This document shows, in pieces, positions 48,011 to 59,014 of a stretch of 64,000 bases of DNA. The stretch is from an uncultured Pseudomonadota bacterium (GTDB lineage: Bacteria; Pseudomonadota; Gammaproteobacteria; Steroidobacterales; Steroidobacteraceae). The DNA is taken from positions 42,962-106,961 of the forward strand of contig CAVQYI010000014.1 in assembly GCA_963718135.1 (NCBI GenBank), written 5' to 3'. The stretch's first letter is position 1, and each line of letters starts with the position of its first letter. The notes beneath the pieces were generated by a model, which was given only the letters and a program-made list of their open reading frames with translations, was not told the origin of the DNA and searched no databases. The position numbers and the translations under genes were made by a program.

Positions 48011-49101
48011 TGCCCATTCGTTGCGGAATCGTCGGCTTGCCGAACGTCGGCAAATCGACGCTGTTCAATGCGCTCACGCGCGCCCAGATCGCGGCGGAGA
48101 ATTATCCGTTCTGCACGATCGATCCGAACGTCGGCGTCGTCCCCGTGCCCGACCCTCGGCTCGTGGAATTGGCGGCGATCGTGCATCCGGAGCGGATTCT
48201 CGCGACCACCGTCGAGTTCGTGGACATCGCCGGCCTCGTCGCCGGAGCGTCGAAGGGCGAGGGCCTCGGCAACAAATTCCTTGCGCACATCCGCGAGGTC
48301 GATGCGATCGCGCACGTCGTGCGCTGCTTCGAGAACGACGACATCATTCACGTCGCCGGCAAGATCGACCCGGCGAGCGACATCGAAGTGATCAACACGG
48401 AACTCGCGCTCGCGGATCTGGACAGCGTCGAGCGTGCGTACCAAAAGGCGCAGAAAGCGGCGAAGGCCGCCGACAAGGAAGCGATCCGCTTACGCGACCT
48501 GCTCGAGCGAGTGCGGGAACAATTGAATCACGCGAAGGCCGTGCGCACCCTGGGGCTCGACGCCAACGAGCACGCGATGCTGCGCGACCTTCATCTGTTG
48601 ACCGACAAGCCGGTGATGTACGTCGCGAACGTCGACGAACATGGATTCGAGAAGAATCCGCGGCTCGACCGCGTGCGCGAACTCGCGAAGCAGGAGGGCG
48701 CGGTCGTCGTGCCGGTCTGCGCCGCGATCGAAGCGGAGATCGCGCAGCTGGAGGAGGCGGACCGCGCGGATTTCCTGCGCGAACTGGGGCTCGCGGAGCC
48801 CGGGCTCAACCGCGTGATCCGCGGCGCTTACGCGCTGCTCGGCCTGCAGACCTATTTCACGGCCGGCGTCAAAGAAGTTCGCGCGTGGACGGTGCACAAG
48901 GGTGCGACCGCGCCGCAGGCCGCCGGCGTGATCCATACTGATTTCGAGCGCGGGTTCATCCGCGCCGAGGTCATCGCCTACGAAGATTTCATCGCCTGCC
49001 GCGGCGAGGCGGGCGCCAAGGAGACCGGGAAACTGCGCCTCGAGGGCAAGGAATACGTCGTCCGCGAGGGCGACGTGATGCATTTCCGATTCAACGTTTA
49101 G
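48010..49101 (+). CDS. ychF: Ribosome-binding ATPase YchF (Obg-family)
   Basis: [23 protein letters not shown] and a TGS-like C-terminus. The ATG at 48010 overlaps the pth stop. Confidence 0.95.
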   Translation: MPIRCGIVGLPNVGKSTLFNALTRAQIAAENYPFCTIDPNVGVVPVPDPRLVELAAIVHPERILATTVEFVDIAGLVAGASKGEGLGNKFLAHIREVDAIAHVVRCFENDDIIHVAGKIDPASDIEVINTELALADLDSVERAYQKAQKAAKAADKEAIRLRDLLERVREQLNHAKAVRTLGLDANEHAMLRDLHLLTDKPVMYVANVDEHGFEKNPRLDRVRELAKQEGAVVVPVCAAIEAEIAQLEEADRADFLRELGLAEPGLNRVIRGAYALLGLQTYFTAGVKEVRAWTVHKGATAPQAAGVIHTDFERGFIRAEVIAYEDFIACRGEAGAKETGKLRLEGKEYVVREGDVMHFRFNV

Positions 49102-49176
49102 GGTCCGGGCCTGCGTCCTTGACAGGGCGGGCGGCGCTGCGCAGAATCCGCGGCCCGAGGTCGAGCACGAACGATT

Positions 49177-49253
49177 GGTGAGGTAGCTCAGCTGGTTAGA
49201 GCGTGGCACTCATAATGCCGAGGTCGAGGGTTCGAGTCCCTCTCTCACCACCA
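49177..49253 (+). tRNA. tRNA with CAT anticodon: elongator tRNA-Met type (tRNA-Ile2/lysidine not excluded)
   Basis: The 77-nt cloverleaf was folded by hand. G1-C72 is paired, so it is not an initiator. The anticodon loop is CTCATAA, the T-loop is GGTTCGAGTCC, and the CCA is encoded. Confidence 0.85.
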
Positions 49254-49268
49254 TAATTCTAGCAGTTT

Positions 49269-49637
49269 TTAGTGTATTTGTCTGGTGCGCGTTTTTGATG
49301 TGCCGGTTTTTGTGCGACGTTTCAGCCGGATTTTGCCGGCCGCCACGGCCAAATGGTCGGGCGCCAAGTGGGCGTACCGGAGCACCATCGAGAAGCTTCG
49401 CCAACCGCCGAGCAGCATCAGCTGCTGCAAAGTGACGCCGCTCTGTACCGCCCACGAAGCCCAGCTATGACGTAGGTCGTGCCAGCGGCACGGTCCGACT
49501 TTGGCCGCCTTCACGGCCTTTTGAAAGGCGAGGGTGTTGCAGTCATCAATCCGTGCGCCACGCCATTGGAAGACATGGTCGCCGTTGCGCGGAAGTCGCT
49601 TGAGGACTTGAACGGCCTCCGGCGTCAGTGGAATACC
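49269..49637 (-). pseudogene. C-terminal 122 aa of a tyrosine recombinase (phage/island integrase), truncated by the IS insertion
   Basis: The catalytic-domain end is WHDLRHSWASWAVQSGVTLQQLMLLGGWRSFSMVLRYAHL. The ORF track fuses it artefactually to IS sequence (ORF 49269..50753). Confidence 0.8.
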
Positions 49638-50842
49638 TGTGGGAGGCGAATTATCAATCAGGCGGCGACGGGAGTTTCGACTAGTCCGTTGCAATGCCGT
49701 TCCCACGCATAGTGAACCAGGTTCGCTCTCGCAGGTGAGGCGTTTCCGGCGCGATTTGCGGGCGTGGTGCCGCTGAGGGAGCGGTGGACGCGAGCGCCGT
49801 TGTAATAGGCACGGAATATTCCGAGCTTCCGGTGCAAATCGATCGAGTTCCAGAAGAACGTGTGGTCGAGGTACTCGCGCCGGATCGTCCCGATCAGTCG
49901 TTCGACGAAAGGGTGCGACATCGGGACGTACGGTACCGATTTGATCTCCTCGACCTCGAGGATCCGTAAGTTCGCGAGCCATCGATGAAAGCGGAACAGT
50001 GGGTCGTGATCCGTACTGATCCGAACTGGCGGTGCATGGCCGGCGATGGCCTGATTGAACATGCGGCATACGGCCGCACCGTCGATGTATTCGCCGCCGA
50101 TACCGAAGCCGATGATTCGGCGGGTAAACACATCGATGACAACCAGGACCCAATGACTGCGAAGCAGTATCGATTCGCAACGAAACAGGTCCACGCTCCA
50201 GAGACTGTCCTTGGCCTGGGCGATGAAGGTGAGCCAGGAGGGACCCGAGGCGCGCGGATGATTTTGGCCGTAGTGCTGTCGCGAGGACTCTACGCACGAC
50301 GTCCTTATCGATCTGCACGGCGAATGCATGCGAGATCTGCTCAGCAATGCGTTGATTGCCAAATCTGGGGTTACGGAGCTTCATCTCAAGGATGGCCGCG
50401 ATGATTTCCTCTGTCGGGCCCTTGGGGCCTGGCTTGTGCCGGGTTCCGGAGGAGGAGAACAGGCGCCGATACTTTCGATCGACCAGCGCCTTGTGGAATC
50501 GTAACAGCGTCGCCGGCTTGAGAATCGCGGCGAGCTTTGCGACTCGTCGAGGACGCACGAACAGCGTTGTCAATCCGAGCACGAATCGATCGACAGTGGT
50601 CAGACGCGGGGCGCGTCGCCGGGACCGGCTGCTGATGATCAGTTGGTGCTTCAGCAACAGAGACTCGGCGATGACGGAGCGGGCCCCACCGGGACGTGCG
50701 AGCTTAGCCAAGGTGACGATCAATTGCACCGCGAGGAGAAACAAGTCACGCATCGTCGAGGCAGGCTACCAGGGATGCTGGTCAGTACAAGACTGCCCGT
50801 ATACGGTGTCTCACGCTATGCTTGGCGAATTCGCACCCCACA
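49638..50842 (-). mobile_element. IS481-family-like insertion sequence, copy A (1205 bp)
   Basis: The terminal inverted repeats are TGTGGGAGGCGAATT (left) and TGTGGGGTGCGAATT (right, reverse complement). It has a single rve/DDE transposase gene. No flanking direct repeat is present. Confidence 0.8.
49658..50753 (-). CDS. DDE (rve integrase-core) transposase of IS copy A. 1 frame break (~50270, TTTT versus TTT in copy B).
   Basis: The N-terminal half is in the frame of ORF 49269..50753. The core SLWSVDLF..VLVVIDVFTRRI..ISTDHDPLF..HPFVERLIGTIRRE..YYNGARVHRSL is in ORF 49658..50362. Confidence 0.8.
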
Positions 50843-51553
50843 ACCGCCGGTATCCGGGTCGAGCAGATTTCTCGACATCTGAAGCATCCAGCTCTCGTCC
50901 GGTTGGGTCGTCATGCCGCAGATGGAGATCCGGCGAGTGGGCAGATCGATGACGAAGAGAACGTAGAAGGTCAGAAGTCCCTTCAAGCGCCAAACTTCCA
51001 CCGTAAAGAAGTCGCTTGCCGCGAGTCCTCGCCAATGAGCCTTCAGGAAAGTCGACCAGGAGATCCTTTTCCTGCGAATCGGAGCGGGTTCAATGAGGTG
51101 GTCCTTCAGGATCCGCTGGATCGTGCCGCGGCCGAGGTGGATGCTCAGGTTGCTCAACGCACCCAGGATCCGTGTGTATCCCCAGTTAGGATTCTCTGTG
51201 GCCATACGTACCACGAGCTGCTCGATGTCGGCTTGGGTTCCTGGGCGTCCCGGCCGGCGCCGAGCTGGGAAGGTCCATTTCCGAGCTACCAGCTCTCGGT
51301 GCCAGCGGAGCAGAGTAGCCGGCGTGACGATGGGGTCGAGGTCCCGAAGTGCCTTGCGGCCGAGTCCCTTGGCTAGGGTTGCCAAGGTCCGACGCTCAGC
51401 GTCCGTGAAAATGATACGCCGACCGGCGAGTCGGCTACGCAGCGCACGATTCTCCGCCTTCAGGTATTCGATCCGAGCGGCGGCCTGTCGTTCCAGCGAG
51501 GCGGCAATGCTTCCGGAGAGAAGCGCAATGAAATTATCGACCGAGAGTCGCAT
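50843..51553 (-). pseudogene. N-terminal ~237 aa of a second rve-type transposase (different IS), cut by IS copy A
   Basis: ORF 50816..51553 reads [49 protein letters not shown], and its last 8 codons read into the IS copy A inverted repeat. Confidence 0.7.
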
Positions 51554-51719
51554 CGAATTATGCTAGCCGCGAGTCCTCCAAAGTGGCAATCTGAGTTTTC
51601 GGACATCACGGGCGGCAAGGATGATCGCCATTCGTTCTAATCGCTTTTGATCATCAGATGGTTGCGGTGCCTCATCATCTTCCAGGAGTGCCGCGCCTTG
51701 CTCCTGTCACCGGCCCGTA

Positions 51720-51956
51720 ACGAGGCATCTCGATGCGAAGGGATACGACGTGACCACAGGCATGGCTCCGGATCTGATGACCGCCTCGAAGGAGGCAGTC
51801 CGCGGCATGATTGATCTGCTCGGAGCGCGGTATCACATGAATCCCGCCGTCGCCTACATGCTTTGCAGCGTCTGCGGGGACCTTCGGATCAGCGAAATTG
51901 TGGATCGCCCGAACTGGCGGGTGTCCTTTTACCTGCCGCGGATCGTCTTCGATTAA
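51720..51956 (+). pseudogene. C-terminal stub of an acetamidase/formamidase (FmdA/AmdA family)
   Basis: TGMAPDLMTASKEAVRGMIDLL..AYMLCSVCGDLRISEIVDRPNWRVSFYLP resembles the conserved family C-terminus. No N-terminal catalytic part is present upstream. Confidence 0.55.
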
Positions 51957-52102
51957 TGCATCGACGAGCGGTTCGCAATACAAAAGCGCCGCCGGCCATA
52001 GATCCGCAATCGGACCGCAAGGCGCCGCCGGATCGCGCAAAAAACGCCCAGTATTTTCGATATTGCCGTGAGAAACTCAAGCCGAACGGAGTCTTCAAAA
52101 AT

Positions 52103-53455
52103 ATGACGAATGCGCAGGGAAGTCTTGGGACGGTCAATTACAAGGCCGAGCTGCGACGTTCGCTGTCCACTCGTGATCTCGTCGTTTACGGCATGGTGTT
52201 CATGGTTCCGATCGCTCCATGGGGAGTGTTCGGGTTCGTGTGGCACGATTCGAAGGGCATGGTGCCGTTGGCCTATCTGATCGGGCTGTTCGGCATGTTT
52301 TTCACCGCGCTGAGCTACGCCGCGATGTCGCGGGCGTTTCCGGTTGCCGGGTCCGTTTATGCCTACGCTCAACACGGGATACACGAAGTCGTCGGGTTCT
52401 TCGCCGGCTGGCTTATTCTGTTGGATTACATCCTGATTCCGGCGCTCGTGTATTTGTTTGCTGCCGTTCCGTTGAAGCCCATATTTCCGAACGTGCCGGA
52501 GATCGTCTGGATCATCGCATTCGTGATCTTCAATTCGGTGGTGAACCTCCTCGGCGTGCGATTGACGGTGCGCGTGAATCTCTACATGTTGATCATCGAA
52601 CTGGCGACGCTCGCGCTGTTCATCGTCGTCGGCGTCGTCGCCCTCTATACCGGAGCCGGCGCGGGCGGGCTGACGCTTCGGCCGATATATGATCCCCGCG
52701 TGTTTTCGCTCGCAACCGTCACCGGCGCGACGTCGATAGCGGTGTTGTCGTTCCTGGGGTTCGACGGCATTTCCACGTTGTCCGAGGAGAGTCGCAGCGG
52801 TCGCAATTCGGTGGGCCGGGCGACGATTATCGCGCTGCTGGTGGTCGGCGCCTTGTTCATGGTTCAGTCATGGATCGCCAGCGATTTGGCGCGTGGCATG
52901 ACGTTCGCCTCGTTGGCGACGGCGTTCTACGAGATCGCCGGCCGGATCGGTGGTGCTTGGTTGCGAGACACCACGATTCTCGTTTCCAGCGTGGCTGCGG
53001 GCATCGCGAATGCGATGGCGGCGCAAGCGGCGGTGTCCCGGGTTTTGTTTTCCATGGCGAGGGACGGCAAGTTGCCGGCCCCGCTGGCGAAAATCCATCC
53101 GCGGTATCAAACTCCTTACATCAGCACCATTGCCGTGGCGTGCATCTCGCTGTTGGTGGGGGCGATATTTTCCCAGCGCATCGACGTTTTGAGCCGAATC
53201 GTGAATTTTGGCGCGCTGACGGGCTTCATCATGTTGCACCTATCGGTGATCAATCATTACTTCATCCGCGAACGCAGCGGCCAGTGGGTGCATCATCTGA
53301 TTTTCCCGCTCGTCGGGCTCTCCGTGATCGCTTATGTATTGTACGAAATGGACCGTTCCGCGAAAATCATGGGCGCAACGTGGATCGGGATCGGCGTCAT
53401 TTATTACCTTGTTTTGACGCGAACACTGAAGAAGCCCGTGACGTTGGAGGTCTAA
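52103..53455 (+). CDS. APC-superfamily amino acid/polyamine permease (PuuP-like)
   Basis: 450 aa with about 12 TM segments. The N-terminus LRRSLSTRDLVVYGMVFMVPIAPWGVFG is typical of the family. The ATG at 52103 lies inside ORF 51863..53455. Confidence 0.8.
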   Translation: MTNAQGSLGTVNYKAELRRSLSTRDLVVYGMVFMVPIAPWGVFGFVWHDSKGMVPLAYLIGLFGMFFTALSYAAMSRAFPVAGSVYAYAQHGIHEVVGFFAGWLILLDYILIPALVYLFAAVPLKPIFPNVPEIVWIIAFVIFNSVVNLLGVRLTVRVNLYMLIIELATLALFIVVGVVALYTGAGAGGLTLRPIYDPRVFSLATVTGATSIAVLSFLGFDGISTLSEESRSGRNSVGRATIIALLVVGALFMVQSWIASDLARGMTFASLATAFYEIAGRIGGAWLRDTTILVSSVAAGIANAMAAQAAVSRVLFSMARDGKLPAPLAKIHPRYQTPYISTIAVACISLLVGAIFSQRIDVLSRIVNFGALTGFIMLHLSVINHYFIRERSGQWVHHLIFPLVGLSVIAYVLYEMDRSAKIMGATWIGIGVIYYLVLTRTLKKPVTLEV

Positions 53456-53473
53456 TGCCGGCAAGCGGCGGCG

Positions 53474-53953
53474 TCAGGCATAGGAAGTCGGAATGACGGT
53501 TTCATACTTCAAGGTTTCCATTGAAATATACGCGGAGACATCCGACAGTTCGATTCTCCGCATCAGTTCCTTGTAGATGACGTCATAGTGTTCGACGTTT
53601 GGAAGTGCGATCTTGAGGATGTAGTCGAAGTTTCCGGTCAGGCGATGAACTTCAGTGATTTCCGGGATGGAGCCGACCGCCGTTTTGAACCCGTCCAGCC
53701 ACTCGGCCGAATGCTGCGAAGTCTTCACGATGACGAACACCGTGGTCGGCATGTTCACGCGTCGCCGATCAAGGACCGCGACCTGACGGGTGATATATCC
53801 CTCTTCCTTCAACCACGCGATTCGCCGCGAACAGGCTGAAGTCGACAGATTGACCAACTCGGCGACCTCTGCAAGGGGCGCATCCGCATTCGCCTGCAGC
53901 AGCTTGAGAATTTTCCGATCGCGATCATCCAGCATGACCGCATCCTGCGTCAT
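53474..53953 (-). CDS. Lrp/AsnC-family transcriptional regulator
   Basis: Contains [47 protein letters not shown] plus an RAM/ACT-like C-terminus. The start is 53953 or 53935. It is divergent from the PLP enzyme. Confidence 0.85.
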   Translation of the reverse strand: MTQDAVMLDDRDRKILKLLQANADAPLAEVAELVNLSTSACSRRIAWLKEEGYITRQVAVLDRRRVNMPTTVFVIVKTSQHSAEWLDGFKTAVGSIPEITEVHRLTGNFDYILKIALPNVEHYDVIYKELMRRIELSDVSAYISMETLKYETVIPTSYA

Positions 53954-54212
53954 TCCGGGCGAAGAGGCAACCGGGGCGCGCCGAAGCCGGCATCTCTGCA
54001 AGAAAACCGCGTAAAACGGGTCGGTCTTGGAAACTACGCGCGCACATTTCGCGATTGTCATGGGACACTCCTCGGTGCAAACGGAATGACCAGTGATCAT
54101 TTCATGCAGCGAATCAACTGAACCTCCGGCGCCGTGTCCCGCAAAAGGGCTCTGGCTCGAGGCAAGTCTGAGGCGCCCGTTCCCCGGGCGGCGCATGGAG
54201 CGGAGCCGATCG

Positions 54213-55898
54213 ATGATGATGCCTTCAAAGCTGGATTTTGCGCGATTGCGGGACGAAGTCATCGGGATGGATGCCCCCATCGAAACCCCGTTCGGTGCGA
54301 GAACGATGTCGTATTGCGACTACACGGCATCGGGGCGCGGGCTGCATTTCGTGGAGCGCCACTTACATGGCATGTTGCAACATTATGCCAACACACATAC
54401 CGAAGACGACATCAGCGGTCGCGCGACGTCACGATTGCTGCACGAGGCGGAGGACGCCATCAAGCGTGCCGTCAATGCCGGTCCGAACGGCCGCATCATC
54501 GCCTGCGGCACCGGTGCGACCGGTGCCATCGATAAATTGCAGCAGATCTTGGGAGTTGCCTTGGCTCCGGCAACGAGATCACGATTCGACGAGCACCTCG
54601 CGCAATTTTTTGGAGTCGATCGGGCGCTGGAATTCCGTGCATTTCAAGAAATCCGGCAGCCGGTGGTCTTCGTCGGACCCTATGAACACCATTCGAATGA
54701 AATCTCCTGGCGGCAGGGGTTGGCGACCGTCGTCACGATCGCTTTGCGGGCGGACGGCGGCATAGATCTCGACCATCTCGCGGCATTGCTGCAGGCGCCC
54801 GAGTACCAACACCGGCCGCGGATCGGCTCATTTTCCGCGGCATCGAACGTGACCGGGATGCGCACGCCGGTCGACGAGATTGCGACGCTCCTGCACCGCC
54901 ACTCGGCCATCGCCTGCTTCGACTTCGCGGCGAGCGGTCCATACGCCGCCATCGACATGAATCGGAGCGGCGATGCGTGGATCGACGCAATTTTTCTCTC
55001 CCCGCACAAATTCATCGGCGGGCCAGGGTCAAGCGGCGTTCTCGTGTTCAACTCGCGCTTGTACCGCCAAGAGCTCGCGCCCACCGTCGCCGGCGGCGGC
55101 ACCGTCGATTACGTCAGTCCGACCGATCAAGATTTCGTCACCGACATCGAAGCCCGCGAAAAGGCCGGGACCCCCGGTATTCTGCAGACCGTGCGGGCCG
55201 CGCTCGCGTTTGAAATCAAACAGGCGCTGACCCCGGCCGCCATCGAGGCGCGCGAGCAGGCGCTGCTCACGCGCGCGTTTGAGCGTTGGAGAAACGTAGA
55301 TGGCCTGGAGATTCTCGGAAATACGGATCCCGCGCGGAGAGTCGGCATCGTCGCGTTCAACGTTCGGGATCCTCGCGGGGGCGTGCTGCACCCGAGATTC
55401 GTGACGGTGCTGCTGAATGATCTGTTCGGAATACAGTCGCGGGCGGGCTGTTCCTGTGCCGGCCCCTATGGGCATCGCCTGCTCTCCATCGATGGGGAGA
55501 TTTCCGAAGAGTATCGCGCTTGGGTGCGGAAGGGCTATCACGGGATCAAGCCAGGCTGGTGCCGAGTCGGGTTTCATTTCGTGATGGATGACGTCGACGC
55601 CGACTTCGTGATCGAGGCGGTTCAATTCGTGGCGACGGCGGGATACAAATTTCTTCCGCTCTACGCCTTCGATCCGCTGACCGGGCAGTGGAGGCATCGT
55701 GATGAGCGCAGTGGCGGCTCGACGCTGTCTCTCGAGGACCCCTTGGATGCGCGCGAGGTGTCGCCTTCCGCCTTGCCGGCCCTCGAACGGGCGCGGCGTT
55801 TCGATGAATATCTGGCCGAGGCGCGACGCATCGCCGAGGGATTGGGCGAGCCGGCGAGCGGCGAGGCCTTGTGGAATTGGCCTTTCTACCCACTGTAG
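54213..55898 (+). CDS. Large (about 560 aa) class-V-fold PLP-dependent enzyme (cysteine desulfurase/aminotransferase-like), specific function unknown
   Basis: Contains [19 protein letters not shown], the candidate PLP-lysine motif [16 protein letters not shown], and [12 protein letters not shown]. The start is ATG 54213 or 54195. Confidence 0.7.
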   Translation: MMMPSKLDFARLRDEVIGMDAPIETPFGARTMSYCDYTASGRGLHFVERHLHGMLQHYANTHTEDDISGRATSRLLHEAEDAIKRAVNAGPNGRIIACGTGATGAIDKLQQILGVALAPATRSRFDEHLAQFFGVDRALEFRAFQEIRQPVVFVGPYEHHSNEISWRQGLATVVTIALRADGGIDLDHLAALLQAPEYQHRPRIGSFSAASNVTGMRTPVDEIATLLHRHSAIACFDFAASGPYAAIDMNRSGDAWIDAIFLSPHKFIGGPGSSGVLVFNSRLYRQELAPTVAGGGTVDYVSPTDQDFVTDIEAREKAGTPGILQTVRAALAFEIKQALTPAAIEAREQALLTRAFERWRNVDGLEILGNTDPARRVGIVAFNVRDPRGGVLHPRFVTVLLNDLFGIQSRAGCSCAGPYGHRLLSIDGEISEEYRAWVRKGYHGIKPGWCRVGFHFVMDDVDADFVIEAVQFVATAGYKFLPLYAFDPLTGQWRHRDERSGGSTLSLEDPLDAREVSPSALPALERARRFDEYLAEARRIAEGLGEPASGEALWNWPFYPL

Positions 55899-56316
55899 GG
55901 ATGACGCAACAACCATGCCAGGGTTCGATCAGTGGGCCTGCCGTGAGTCGGCGGGCTGGCGTTCGGAACACGTCATTCCGTCGCGCATGTGGCATCCGTG
56001 AAGGTACCGCCCAAGCCGCACGCGGGGAGCCGCATCTCCGAGAATTACGCAAAAAAACAGCGTCCAACCGTATTATTGCACAACTCAATCGCGAAACTTC
56101 GCCTCCCGGATGAAAAGTTGCGTGCCATTTCCGTCATTTTCATGGGACACTTTATCGTACAAATCGAAATGGGGATGCCAAATGTCGACAGTTATACCGC
56201 TTCGCTTTGGATGTTGCGTAGTCACAACATCGATGGCCGCTCGGCGTGTTCCCAGCACGCACGGCCCGGCAATTCCCCGCATGATCAGGCATCCCAGCCA
56301 GACAGGACGAGTTGCA

Positions 56317-58986
56317 ATGAGCCGCCGCCCGCGGCTTTTTGCCGCCATCGCGTTGTCGCTGCTGTCGATCGCGACCGTTGCCACGTCCGACGCGGAGGCG
56401 CAGACGGCCAGCAGCGCGACGGCCGAATCCGCCGACATGGCTCAGGGCGAGCCGGGGGTGCTCAAGCCGATCCTGGTCACCGGCTCGCTGATACCCACGA
56501 CCAATCGGGTGAGTTTCAATCAAGTGCAGATTGTCGACGTCAAGGACATCAAGGCGAGCGGTGCGGTGACGGTCGCCGATTATCTGCGCAATGTCGCGGT
56601 GAATTCCGCCAGCAGCTGGGGCGACAATTTCGCCTATGGCGCGACCGGCGGATCCGGAATCGCGCTGCGAGGACTCAGCGAGAAGTACACCTTGGTGCTG
56701 GTCGATGGTCTGCGGGTGGCTCCTTATGGATTCCCGTCGAACGGCACCGATACATTCGTCGATCTCAACTCCATACCAATGGATACCATCGAGCGCATCG
56801 AAATCGTGAAGACCGGCGCGGTTTCACAATACGGCTCCGATGCGATTGCCGGCGTGGTGAACGTCATCACCAAGTCCAATTATCAAGGCCTGGAAGCGAC
56901 TGCGGGCTACGGTGATGCGACCAATGGCGGAGAGGCAACCAGAAAAATCGGGGTTCTCGGCGGGATCGGTGACTTCGACACGGATCGCTACAACGTCACC
57001 GGGAGCCTCAGCTTCTTTCTTCAAAACGGTTATACGCTCGCGGATCGCTCGAATACCCGGGCGCAGAACTACCTCGATCAACCGTTCGGTGCGCTGACCC
57101 AGGGCGCGGATTACTGGGAACCCAATGGCGTCGGCAACGGTGGCGCCGCCTTGAGCCCGTGCCCTTCCGGCGGGTCATCGGTCAATGGCGCAAATCTGCT
57201 GAGCGGCCCGGGGGCCGGTACCGCCTGCGCCGTCAATACGGCGAACGGAATCTCGCTTCATCCGCACGAACAGCGCCTTGGTGCGAAAGTGCACGCGACT
57301 TTCAAGGTCTCCGACGACGTCGCCGCATTTGCGGACCTGTGGGGCAGCCACAATGTCACGATAACCGATCAAGGGTTCAACGGAATCAACGACTCGACCA
57401 CCGCCTACAAGTACGACCCACTCACCGGCGGCGTAACACAGGTCCCGAATGTCGTGCCGGCCGGCAATCCTTATAATCCATACGGTGTGCCGGCTCCTCT
57501 GACGTACACGTTCCTCGGTGAGCCGCAGGTGCTGACCACCACCGGAAAATTCGTCCGCGCGGCGTCCGGACTGAACGGCTCGTTCAAGACGGCCAGGTTC
57601 GGCGAATGGATCTGGAATGCCGCGCTCACGCATTCGCAGAGCACGGTCGACAACGCACAAACCGGCAAAGAGAGTGTGGCCGGACTTGCCGACATATTGA
57701 ACAATGGAACCTTCAATTTCGCCAACCCGAGCGCGACCCCGAACGGCCTGGCGAATTTATACGTCGGCGATCAAAACGAGGCGATCTCCAAGCTCGATTC
57801 CCTCGACATGATGGCCTCGACCACCGATCTGTTTTCGGTTCCGGCCGGCGCGGTCGGGTTCGGGGCGGGCATGCAGTTCCTGCATGAAAGCGACTACGTC
57901 ACCGATTACACCAAGCAATCGAACGCGTTGGCGGTGCCGGTGTACCTGCAGGCCATCGACGGCCAGCGCAACGTGGCGGCGGTGTACTATCAGATCGACG
58001 TACCCCTCACATCGACGTTGAAATTCAGCCAATCGAGCCGCTATGACCGATACAGCGACTTCGGCTCGGCGTTCTCACCCCGTTTCGCGCTGCGTTTCAA
58101 GCCGGTCTCCGAACTTACCACCTACGCGTCATACAGCCGCGGCTTCCGAGCGCCGACCTTGGCGGAGACCTCCGAGTCCAATTCATCCGGCACGCAGTCG
58201 GCGATCGACCCGAATTCCCCCACGCAACCGACCACCTCGCTGAACTATGTCGAACTGGTCGGGGGCAATGCGAACCTCAAGGCGGAGCATACACAGAATT
58301 ACAACGTGGGCTTCCAGTGGGCCCCCAGCGCGAGGAGCGCCGTGGGCTTGGATTGGTACAAAATCCTGATCAAGGACGCCATCGGCAACGCCACGCTGCA
58401 ATCGCTCATCAACACGAACAACCCGCAGGTGGTCGTGCGCAACGCGAACGGAACGATTGCCTATGTGAATTTCGACTTCCAAAATTTGAATGCCCTGATG
58501 ACCGACGGCCTGGAGCTCAATTTCCACAAGTCGATGTCGACGTCCGCCGGAACCTTCGCGGTCGCGGGCAATTGGGCGTACGTGCAGCACTTCGAACAGA
58601 CCAGTGGTGGCGCGACCGTCGACTTCGCCGGCAACGACGGCGCCATCAATACGTCCTATGGGGCCAGCTTCCCGCGCTGGAAGGGCAACACGCGGCTGAG
58701 TTGGTCCTATGAGGACTTCCACACCCAACTGACTTATCTGTTCACGGGTCCCTACGCCCTGACCATCGAGTCCGGAAGAGTCCCGTCCTTCCATCAATTC
58801 AACCTCAGCGAGAGCTACACGGGATTCGGCAAGTTGAGCATTTACGGAACGGTCAATAATCTCTTTGATCGGGCGCCCCCCTACGATCCGCTCTGGCTGC
58901 AGTTTCCGACGGCAACTCCCTATGATCCGTCCCTGTACAGTAACGAAGGTCGCTACGTGGAGGTCGGGGTGAAATACCACTTCTGA
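56317..58986 (+). CDS. TonB-dependent outer-membrane receptor
   Basis: A signal peptide is followed by a plug domain (ILVTGSLIP, IALRGLSEKYTLVLVDGLRV, IERIEIVKTGAVSQYGSDAIAGVVNVITK). A long beta-barrel ends in a terminal aromatic residue (..VGVKYHF). Confidence 0.9.
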   Translation: MSRRPRLFAAIALSLLSIATVATSDAEAQTASSATAESADMAQGEPGVLKPILVTGSLIPTTNRVSFNQVQIVDVKDIKASGAVTVADYLRNVAVNSASSWGDNFAYGATGGSGIALRGLSEKYTLVLVDGLRVAPYGFPSNGTDTFVDLNSIPMDTIERIEIVKTGAVSQYGSDAIAGVVNVITKSNYQGLEATAGYGDATNGGEATRKIGVLGGIGDFDTDRYNVTGSLSFFLQNGYTLADRSNTRAQNYLDQPFGALTQGADYWEPNGVGNGGAALSPCPSGGSSVNGANLLSGPGAGTACAVNTANGISLHPHEQRLGAKVHATFKVSDDVAAFADLWGSHNVTITDQGFNGINDSTTAYKYDPLTGGVTQVPNVVPAGNPYNPYGVPAPLTYTFLGEPQVLTTTGKFVRAASGLNGSFKTARFGEWIWNAALTHSQSTVDNAQTGKESVAGLADILNNGTFNFANPSATPNGLANLYVGDQNEAISKLDSLDMMASTTDLFSVPAGAVGFGAGMQFLHESDYVTDYTKQSNALAVPVYLQAIDGQRNVAAVYYQIDVPLTSTLKFSQSSRYDRYSDFGSAFSPRFALRFKPVSELTTYASYSRGFRAPTLAETSESNSSGTQSAIDPNSPTQPTTSLNYVELVGGNANLKAEHTQNYNVGFQWAPSARSAVGLDWYKILIKDAIGNATLQSLINTNNPQVVVRNANGTIAYVNFDFQNLNALMTDGLELNFHKSMSTSAGTFAVAGNWAYVQHFEQTSGGATVDFAGNDGAINTSYGASFPRWKGNTRLSWSYEDFHTQLTYLFTGPYALTIESGRVPSFHQFNLSESYTGFGKLSIYGTVNNLFDRAPPYDPLWLQFPTATPYDPSLYSNEGRYVEVGVKYHF

Positions 58987-59014
58987 TGTCTGCGAACCCG
59001 GCTCTCGAAGGCGG

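Noticed and set aside
49254-49300. An attL/attR pair for the island.
   Set aside because: By eye I could not find a second copy of the tRNA-Met 3' end between 49.3 and 64.0 kb. The right boundary is probably outside the window, so no att site is claimed.
49269-50753. A 494-aa ORF that appears to fuse a transposase to an integrase domain.
   Set aside because: It is a read-through artefact. A frameshifted transposase frame continues across the left inverted repeat of the IS (49638) into the truncated integrase. The junction coincides exactly with the TGT terminus of the IS.
51675-52040. A 121-aa ORF on the minus strand.
   Set aside because: It is antisense to the formamidase C-terminal stub and the permease leader, and has no motifs. 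The plus-strand reading has clear family similarity.
55899-56316. A cobalamin or TPP riboswitch, or a Fur box, in front of the TonB-dependent receptor.
   Set aside because: There is only a loose resemblance: GCCAGG...GGCCTGCC versus the B12 box, and TCATTTTCA versus the Fur consensus. The conserved cores are not present, so I kept it only as a long-leader observation.
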